Shown here: positions 1-9,123 of the stretch, in pieces | Layout: each line of letters opens with the position of its first letter | How positions within the stretch are numbered: position 1 is the first letter of the stretch | Source of the DNA: Macrostomum hystrix | Lineage: Eukaryota > Animalia > Platyhelminthes | Direction: 5' to 3' | Length of the DNA stretch: 64,000 bases | Assembly (NCBI GenBank): GCA_950097015.1 | Contig: CATNEN010000029.1 | Coordinates: 7,192,001-7,256,000, forward strand | Notes under the pieces: generated by a model | What the model saw: only the letters and a program-made list of their open reading frames with translations | What the model was told of the DNA's origin: nothing | The model's database searches: none | Made by a program: the position numbers and the translations under genes

Positions 1-506
1 TGGCGTCGGTGTGTGGGCTGGGAGCTGGACGGAGATCGCATGCGGTGGGAGGTGACACGCTGGGGAACAACTCTCGGACTGCTGTTCAATTATGCATCCA
101 GCCACCCCCCAGGGCTACCCCCCTGTCTACAACCCCCTTGGATGCGAGGCGAGAGCTTTAGTAAGGCCGAAGACAAGGCGAGACAAGGAGGCGGGGACGG
201 CGCATCTTCGCCGGCTCCCCTTCCTCCTTACCGCCACCCCGGGTTTGGCTCGTGTCTTCTGCTCTCATCCCCTCCGTGCTCTCAAGCTGGTGTGGGAATT
301 AGTTTCTTTAATCCCATATTGAGGCTAAAGGAAAAGTTATGACGGCATCGAGGGTGGGCGATCCCGGCTTGCTTAATTTCAAAAATATTTCACATATGAG
401 CTGCTCGTATTGATTGAGGCAACAGGTGCTAGAGAGACGATGCGTGGAGGCAATGCCCCACTTCTTTCATTAAAATATTTTTTCAAATATAAAAGAAATC
501 TAGCCT

Positions 507-1924
507 TTCATAGCTAGATTTTGAACTGGAAGGCTAGATTTTAGAATTCGCCCAGCGGTTAACACCAGGGTCTCGTTCATCACCGACTGGAGTATAGGCG
601 GCGACTGTCGGGACCTTCAACAAAAGCAGCCGTCTTTGAGATGCCGACTGGGATGCTGAGAACAAAGGTGTAGACGGACACAAATTTTTTGACCAATATG
701 GATTCGCCCCAGTGGTTTATACAGAGCAAAGATAGGTGTCCCTTATCACCAGGGTCTTCGACAAGAACCGCTGAATTACTCGACGATGCTGACGTCGGAC
801 GGCTTTGAAAGTTCATCGTAAAAAGCGAAACATTTTCATCCTGCTTTATGGAATTTCACGAAAATCAGTAATTCGGGAGCTATCGTGGTTTTGAAATATC
901 CCGTTGTATTTCCCCCTGGGGGATAGCGTTGTCTTTATACTGTTAATAAAGCTGTGGGATTGCAGACAATTCGTTGTTTCAAGCACTCTCGTGCCTGATC
1001 GCCACTGATTTAGCGGTCTTGGTCTATTGCGATTAAGGTTTGCAGCTATACTTGGTTGCCGGTGAGTGAGGGGGGCCGCCACACGCGATTGCCTAGCAGT
1101 CCCGGGGCGCCATAGTGCCGACTGACTGGCTGGCTGAATGTGTGACAGAGGCGGGACCGCAGGCGGAAGTGGGCGGACTGTTGAGGTGAAGAGCCACGAC
1201 TGCCTTGGGGTGGAGGGAGTGATTTTTGAGGCCGAGGCTGGAGAAGCCCTCATTTAGAAGAATGAGATTGTGAAGGTAACGGCAAAGCACATTGGGTACA
1301 TTGGCACATGTGTTACTCTATTGGAATTTCTATGCATATGAATGAATATGCTACACTGCTGGACTAATGCTAGTCGCTTGGGGAGTTCATAGCTAGATTT
1401 TTAACTGGAAGGCTAGATTTTAGAATTCGCCCAGCGGTTAACACCAGGGTCTCGTTCATCACCGACTGGAGTATAGGCGGCGACTGTCGGGACCTTCAAC
1501 AAAAGCAGCCGTCTTTGAGATGCCGACTGGGATGCTGAGAACAAAGGTGTAGACGGACACAAATTTTTTGACCAATATGGATTCGCCCCAGTGGTTTATA
1601 CAGAGCAAAGATAGGTGTCCCTTATCACCAGGGTCTTCGACAAGAACCGCTGAATTACTCGACGATGCTGACGTCGGACGGCTTTGAAAGTTCATCGTAA
1701 AAAGCGAAACATTTTCATCCTGCTTTATGGAATTTCACGCCTTGGGGTGGAGGGAGTGATTTTTGAGGCCGAGGCTGGAGAAGCCCTCATTTAGAAGAAT
1801 GAGATTGTGAAGGTAACGGCAAAGCACATTGGGTACATTGGCACATGTGTTACTCTATTGGAATTTCTATGCATATGAATGAATATGCTACACTGCTGGA
1901 CTAATGCTAGTCGCTTGGGGAGTT
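507..1924. repeat. Local tandem duplication with internal deletion (A-X-B-A'-B')
   Basis: 507-860 recurs near-identically at 1386-1739, and 1202-1387 recurs at 1739-1924. Segment 861-1201 is missing from the second copy. The ORF track shows the same 78-aa antisense ORF twice. Confidence 0.9.
695..920 (+). mobile_element. Part of a dispersed non-autonomous DNA-transposon-like repeat (relative of 12119-12655)
   Basis: CCAATATGGATTCGCCCCAGTGGTTTATACAGAG...CCAGGGTCTTCGACAAGAACCGCTG...CTTTGAAAGTTCATCGTAAA aligns with ~12408-12545. Similarity continues to the right end GTGGTTTTGAAAT...CCCCCTGG. Confidence 0.55.
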
Positions 1925-2296
1925 AAGTGAATTTTTTCTGAGTAGGGGAAGGGGAGAGTCGTTAACCCCCCTTGCATGCCTGCAATCCTACTCAATGCTC
2001 ACGCCGGTCCGATTAGTTTGAGTCGCATTCAGTTCTGTTCTCCCTTCACTATCGCCACTATCGACTCAACGGGAGATGCCGCCCGCAGCTCATTGTGCTG
2101 ACCCCGGCAACCGTGGAGTCCCCACCCCCGCTGAATGCCTCGCTTAGCAGCTGGGAGCTATACTCAACGCCGAGAGGCGGGGAACTGGGAGGACAGAACA
2201 GGAATAGCGGAGCTGTCACGTCAGCCTATGTGGCTGTGGAGGTGGTGGAGACAGACAGACAGGCTTCAGGCTTTGAAGAACAATAATGCATTGTAG

Positions 2297-2746
2297 TCAA
2301 TTTTTGCTGCTGCTGCTGCTGCTCGCTGCAGTTGCCTCAACGGAGGTGAAAATTTGGTAAAATTGATGTTCAGGTGCGAAAATCGCATCCAGAACTTCCA
2401 GAAGCCTCACCTCCTCTTCGGCTCCGCCGCAGGTATTGACACTGTCCATGCTCTGGCTGAGGGTCATGCCGTTATCGTTGCTCAGAGTTCCCGGTGAGAC
2501 CATCATGGTTGACTCTTGGACTTGCTCTTCGGTTTCGTTAATGCGGCCTGTGCTATAAACCAGCTCTCGATAGATCCTAGCTATTCTAGCTATTTGTAGC
2601 CCTGTGGAATAGGTGAGAGTGGCGGCCGAGACCTTCTTCAGCGCGGCAAAGACTCTCTCACCAGCCCTGCCCCACACAGGCCAGTCCGGTGAATCTAAAT
2701 GGTTCCTTTCCAACCACTCTGAAAACCAGAGCCCGGCACTGTCCAA
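2297..2746 (-). other. Unidentified 149-codon open frame (TTG start), possible gene or TE remnant
   Basis: Protein-like composition (LWFSEWLERNHLDSPDWPVWGR...), but no recognised domain and no ATG start. Confidence 0.2.
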
Positions 2747-4455
2747 TCAGCGTGCGTCTACGGAGCGCTCTCTACTAACACTTTGCCGGCAACTCTCACT
2801 CGATCTGTCACTACACCCGTGCCTCCATGGAACTTGGGAACTGGCCCTCTCTCAGCATTCTTTCTACTCTTAGGTTGCCTTTAGTTAAACAATACGATTC
2901 CCAGCGCCTTCCCAAACTTATACAAAATTCGTGTGTGGCTTAGACAAAGTGATTTTTAGTATATAGTCCTGCGCAGACCAAATGCATATATTCACACCCT
3001 GTCACAGCAAACAGGACGGCCTATTTACTCAACAGTGGATGCTCCACTCTTGACTGGCCTTAACTACTGTCTGTCACAGAATGAGTTGGCCCTGCTTTTA
3101 ACACCTCGGGGTGGAGTCTAGCGTGTTTACACTAATGTAGGACGAGTCTATTAGCTCGGTTGATGAGCAGATCGGATGACATTTGTAAATAATTGATCTG
3201 TGTCCCTTAATCGCTAATTAAAAATCATAAGTCGATACGGTATTCCCTTGAAACTCACCTTTAGCTCTAATCTGATAGCAAATTTGAAAACTGTGTTGAC
3301 AAGATAGATTCTACACGCATCTACACGCATGACCCCTTTCATGAATTTCCTCCTAATTATCTTCTCCCTTCCTTCATTAGATGCAGCTGACGAAAATGCT
3401 GGATACAACTCACCTCATTCCGGGCACGAAAGGATTCAATGAAGAGAAAAGCTTCGTGTTGCTACAATCTAGGCTTTGTGCTCAAATGTGAGCAATGAGC
3501 ACACCCGTTGTGAATCTATCATTATTTTCTTCCCCAGGTCTAAGAAATCGCATAAGACACGCATTCAGTGGCAGGTGCAAATTGTTCCCAACGCAGAGGA
3601 CGCACAGGTCTACAGGTGGACTGAACAGCTGTACGCAGCCTGCTAAATGTGAACTGTTCAGTGAATTTCATAGTGAAATACGAGTACAATACTCAAAAGC
3701 ATGGAGTTTCGTTACAAACATGTTTTTAGATACATATACGAGTATTAGCTCCTCAATCTCAGAATTTCCTAATAGAGCTATTACAAAGACAAAATCATTC
3801 GAACAAAGTTTTAGGGCCCATCGAAATTGACGGAAAATGTATAAAAAAACTTTCGATCCGGTCTCGTGACCCGCCCCCTTTCAGTCATCAGTATTTAGGG
3901 GATTATAGTCTGAGCTCAAGGATCTGTTGGGATTGGAGGCCAAAGCGAAGGGAGAAGCGCTGATGGATTGTTAATCGCTTAATCCGCAAACTCTTGTGTC
4001 CCTCGCTGCCGTCACACAGAGGGGACTTCGACTTCTCCAACTTGACAGTTGAGACCCCGGGCTGGTGGGGGATTTGTCCCCACCCGCGGCCACTGGGGAT
4101 GCATTCGCTGAAACTTTCATTAGCTATTATAAGCTGGCGTCATCACTCCCAGTTCTGAAGTGATGGGAATCATGAGATAGGGAGGAGGGGCTGAAGCGAC
4201 CTTCCCAATCCCGTGTGAGCTCTTTCCACAACGTGACAGAGTTGCTCGAGAGCAATAAATAATGAAAAAGCATCAGTTTTCTGAGCTGCGGCTGCGAATG
4301 CATGGATCTATAGCACTAGCTGTTGCCTGCGGCCAGCTGCAGCTCTGTTTCATTCTGGCACGCGTTAGTAATGCAGGTCACGCCATGACCAATTCAAGAA
4401 TAGAATCATATTTGTCTGACGGGTTCTTTCATTCCTTGGGACCGCGCCCCATTCC

Positions 4456-5628
4456 GTCAAATCCCATCGGTTATAATAAGTACCCTCCCTACCTTTCAGC
4501 AGGTGAGGGGGTCGGTGGCAGAGCGGTTATCAAGTTTGGCTCTCGCACCACGGTCCCTAAGTTCGATTCCACGGCGAGGCGACATTTATCTGGGGCGCAG
4601 CCAAGAGAAGGCTTGGGGGCTTGTCGTGCAATTTACGCCGTTGAGGGCCAACCTCCAAGGCACAGTGTGAGTGTACACTGCCTGACGATGAGAAAGTCAG
4701 GACAGATGTACACACCTGTGTGAGCGTGTGCCTGCGTGCGGTATCTGTGTGCGCGTGTGCTCTGGAGTCAGCGAAATGGGCAGAATTGCCTCATCGCTGG
4801 CTGCGGGTCTAGTGTCACTGAATGATGTGCCATTGCCGCAGCCCTCCTGCAATTATTGTTATTATCATTATTCCAGCAGGTGACTTTTATGTCAAATCCC
4901 ATCGGTTGTAATAAGTACCCTACCTTCCAGCAGGTGACTTTTGTGTCAAATCCCATCGGTTGTAATAAATACCCTACCTTCCAGCAGGTGACTTTTGTGT
5001 CAAATCCCATCGGTTATAATAAATACCCTACCTTCCAGCAGGTGACTTTTGTGTCAAATCCCATCGGTTATAATAAGTACCCTACCTTCCAGCAGGTGAC
5101 TTTTGTGTCAAATCCCATCGGTTATAATAAGTACCATACCTTCCAGCAGGTGACTTTTGTGTCAAATCCCATCGGTTATAAGTACCCTCCCTTCCAGCAG
5201 GTGACTTTTGTGCCAAATCCCATCGGTTATAATAAGTACCCTACCTTCTAGCAGGTGACTTTTGTGTCAAATTCCATCGGTTGTAATAAGTACCCTCCCT
5301 TCCAGCAGGTGACTTTTGTGTCAAATCCCATCGGTTATAATAAGTACCCTACCTTCCAGCAGGTGACTTTTGTGTCAAATCCCATCGGTTATAATAAGTA
5401 CCATACCTTCCAGCAGGTGACTTTTGTGTCAAATCCCATCGGTTATAAGTACCCTCCCTTCCAGCAGGTGACTTTTGTGCCAAATCCCATCGGTTATAAT
5501 AAGTACCCTACCTTCTAGCAGGTGACTTTTGTGTCAAATTCCATCGGTTGTAATAAGTACCCTCCCTTCCAGCAGGTGACTTTTGTGTCAAATCCCATCG
5601 GCTAAGTACCCTTCCAGCAGGTGACTTT
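4456..5628. repeat. 54-bp minisatellite (~14 units; first unit split by SINE-B)
   Basis: Unit TTCCAGCAGGTGACTTTTGTGTCAAATCCCATCGGTTATAATAAGTACCCTACC, repeated 4873-5628 with a partial unit at 4456-4506. Confidence 0.95.
4507..4873 (+). mobile_element. tRNA-derived SINE, family B, full length, 10-bp TSD
   Basis: A-box-like GGTGGCAGAGCGG, B-box AGTTCGATTCC and (ATT)n-like tail. Direct repeat CAGCAGGTGA at 4497-4506 and 4874-4883. Homologous copy at ~39580-39890 (-). Confidence 0.85.
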
Positions 5629-6571
5629 ACCCTGTCTAATTCCACCAATCTCGACAACGGTGAACATGCTCACAATTAGGCTATGCTACGAATAACTGAG
5701 TATCGAGATTCGCTAGTGCCCGATAAGCACTTTTTAAATAACTTGTGCCAAGTCGCCGATGATCAGAAAAAATGTTTCGTCCATAGAAAAGACATAGAAC
5801 CCTGACGGAGAGAAGAGCATTAGAGCGACTGTAGTTTTTGGCTAAACTAGCTTGCACATCAAAGGAGATTGCTAGTCAGGATTTTTCTTAGCTGCCATCT
5901 TGCTATCCATGCAACCCGCACATTAGGCCAAAGGGAGGGGAGTTACTTAGATACTAGCCTACGCATTCACCACCCCCTAGCTGGTGCGGCATCAACAATC
6001 TCGTTTAGCTCAAAAGAAAATCAAACAAGTCCATGTTTTACTTCCATTTCTTTCACTAGACTTCCAAGGATGTTAAATTACTGAATACAGTCGCAACACG
6101 AGTCCAAACATGTATTAAGCTCCTTTGTGCTATTGCAGTGCATCCAATGCTATCAATTTACCAGCTTCGATTGAGTATGAGTCTGCACCTCGTCCATCGT
6201 GGTGTCGAATGGGTGGCGAAAGAAAAGCGTGTTCGATACGGAGTTATAATTTTCGCCATGAGGCTCTCTTTTATTGGCTAACTTTATCTCACAACAATCA
6301 ATGAACAATTGCATCGTCACGATCGCCAACACATCCAGTGGACAAAAAAGACAAGGTTGCAGGAGCGGCAGTCGGACGGACAGTACGGCGCACTCTGAAC
6401 TTCTGCGCGCCTTATTCTGAGTCTATACTATAGCTTTTGTCAGGCTATCTCAGTCTATGGGCATTCAAACTCAGCCAACCCATCTCGTCAATGCGGTTTT
6501 TTTACTGAAGCTGCTAATTTTTACCATAGACATGCATTTTAAGACCATGCTATCTCAGCTTGGGACGAGCA

Positions 6572-7840
6572 ATCTCAGCCAACATATAAGTTCTATGTTA
6601 TTCTGTCCATAGTTTTGTTAACATTTGAAGCTGTTCCGCGAAAATGAGGGCAACCAGCAACGTTGATAGAAGACGCTTGATCTCCGCGTGGACGGTAGGA
6701 CAGGACATTGGTCTAGCCGCTACAATTCTTGGCATCAAATTGAAAACCGCTCGCCACATCATCGCCACTTTTGAAGCTACAGGTCAGATTGATGCTCTTC
6801 AGCGCGGATGCCGGAAGATAGGCTCTTGCAAGCTGGACGACGACGAGATGCGCCAAGTGCTCATCGGCCTCTTAAATGAAAATCCGATGGCGAAACTGAA
6901 AGCATTGCAGACTAATCTCGCTGCTCAGCTTCCAGACAAGCCACCGGTCTCCATTAAGACAATAGCCAGAGCTCTGGATGGAGCCCTGTATACATTTAAG
7001 ATTGCCACTAAGAACTGCGACATTCGATCGATTGAGCGCAAACTTTCCCGCGGTGATAGAGAAGCGACGCGAGTATGCGCTATTCATGGCGGGACTGCAA
7101 CTAGATACGGTGGTAATCTATATAGACGAGACGGGGTACAACCTCTGGACGCGCAGATCACAGGGAAGGTCGCGACGGGGGGGTCAGCCAGTGAGACGGC
7201 GTTGCCCAACACAGAGGGGTCCAAATCTTTCCATCTGTCTGGCCATGTCATCTGCACTTGGGTTGGTCTAGGTAATCTAGGAAATCGGCAACGCCAGAGT
7301 CGTCATAGTCTGCGATGGTCCAAGCTTTCATCGCGGTGTGACAGTGTCGGAGCAGCACCGCCATCAGTTTGAAATTCAGCTGCTGCCCGCTTACTCGCCG
7401 TTAATTCTCAACCCGTGTGAGATGGCTCATAGTGCATTGAAGGCTTCGATCAAGCTGCAGCTCGCTGACCCCGCACTGGTGGAGGAAGAAGCTGGCGGCC
7501 GACCTGATGGATCGAGTCACCTGCGTGGAATGGCGCATTTTTCTGCTGGAGCGAGTGGGCCTAGACTCTTTGCAAGCTGTGACGCCAATGAAGGTAACCA
7601 GGTGGGAAATTCACTGCAACCGGAGCTTCCCACAATGCATCCAGGAGGTAACTTTCAACTAAACTGAAATAGCCTGTTACTGATCGTCTCTGCATGGTAG
7701 CCATTTTCAAAGTTTGCTCTGTTTCCATCCCATATACTAGCTGTTTTCTGTTACCCAGTTTTTCTCTTGTAAATAGACTGTTTAAAAATGTTAACAAAAC
7801 TATAGACAGAATAACATAGAACTTATATGTTGGCTGAGAC
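6572..7840 (+). mobile_element. Tc1/mariner-IS630 superfamily DNA transposon (decayed)
   Basis: 55-bp TIRs at 6572-6626 and 7786-7840. TA follows the right end; CA precedes the left end (mutated TSD). Transposase pieces inside. Confidence 0.9.
6644..7500 (+). pseudogene. DDE (about DD34E) transposase pseudogene
   Basis: N-terminal HTH-like region from ATG 6644, then frameshifted pieces VIYIDETG (D1), VVIVCDGPSFH (D2) and LLPAYSPLILNPCE (E). I count 34 residues between D2 and E. Stops and an internal deletion lie near 7270-7285. Confidence 0.85.
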
Positions 7841-8051
7841 TAGTGCAATAAATAATTTATTTCACTTTGCATCGATGCAAATAAATTAACTATAACACAG
7901 AACTATAATACAACCATCAGACAAACAGAATTAAACGAGCGAACGAATCAAAAATCAATAAATTTTCTGACCTCGTCCGTTTGCCCGTTTCAAGTTAGGG
8001 ATACATATCATATTCCCCACTCATTTAGTTGTCTAGGGCCAAAAGCACTCG

Positions 8052-8103
8052 GTATCTCGCTCATTGACCGAGGCGAAGCCTCATAAATCAATGAACGAGA
8101 CAC
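8052..8103. other. Imperfect 16-bp stem enclosing a GAGGC-GAA-GCCTC mini-hairpin
   Basis: GTATCTCGCTCATTGA pairs with TCAATGAACGAGACAC (14/16). The inner hairpin contains GCGAAGC. Confidence 0.6.
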
Positions 8104-9123
8104 CTCTTGCTTTTGTCCGCTAGACAACAAAATAAATGGCGAATATTATACATTTATTGTACTGGTGCAAATAAATATAATTAAAAACTAGATCATAGAT
8201 AACTGCCTCAGTGGAAGTGAAATTTTCCAAATACTGCTTCGAGTAGGTCGTTTGTAGCTTATGTGAGTTTATGGCATTTTTACTTGACAAAAAGCGAACA
8301 CAGTTCAAATTTGATGTTTCTTGCATTTGACTCAACCTTTCTTTCCCTTCAACTGGCTCATTTTTTCGTCGCAGTCGTGTTTCGGTTTATTTGTATCGAT
8401 CTAAAAACTATAATACTCTCAGTCTAAAATTGACTGTAAAAAATCTGCGATTTCACGACATTCACCTAAATTTGATGTGAAAAGAACTAACCACAATGAA
8501 AACCCGGTGCCTGCATTTACAGAAACATAGTAAAATCTAATTAACAATTCAATTTTTTAAATAAGAAATTAATAACAAGACTAAATAGCTAGCTTTAAGA
8601 AGAAGTGTTTTTATAACATTTTATTATTGTTATAACTCAGAAATCTATGTACATATCCTGCAATCAGAGCTATAAATCAAGTCGTGTACACCGATGCACA
8701 CTGAGTCCAGCGGCTGCTGGATGTACGTATTTCTATGAAATGCGAACGTACGTAGTTTTAGCGTCTTTACTTTTAATTTATTGCTTGAGCTAAGCGGACG
8801 AAATTCGTATAAAGATAAAAAATAAATTATGCATCGAGTTTTTATCTGCACAGACACGAAATACGAATTTTAGGTTCAGTCTAGTTTATTTTTGTGAGTT
8901 GTTGCTGCTTGCTAGCAGGTTTGTTAAGTCTTATCTTAGCCCAACTCAGCTCTCAGCAGTGTCAAATTTTCAATCATGTCAAACTGTTAAGGCATACTTC
9001 TGTAGCAATAGAGTCCTACTCCTGCTGTAGTTGCCAGTCTTTATAATATAATCTACTATCGAAATCTGCAGTTATCTGTGCAGTAAGCCCACTAGTTAAT
9101 ATAAGTGTCGCAGATTGCTAACA

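Noticed and set aside
3225-3310. ISRYGIP peptide resembling an LTR integrase motif
   Set aside because: No following SDNG or other DDE motifs, and the frame is short and stop-bounded.
4682-4695. Hammerhead-like CTGACGA...GAAA in SINE-B
   Set aside because: Only 3 nt separate the motifs (no stem II), and the second SINE-B copy does not conserve them.
4873-5628. CRISPR-like reading of the 54-bp array (also the 31-, 32- and 26-bp arrays)
   Set aside because: Units are contiguous with no unique spacers, there are no cas genes, and the context is eukaryotic and spliced.
6644-7500. Bacterial IS630 or contamination
   Set aside because: It is embedded in continuous eukaryotic sequence with 55-bp TIRs, and is better explained as a eukaryotic Tc1/IS630-superfamily element.
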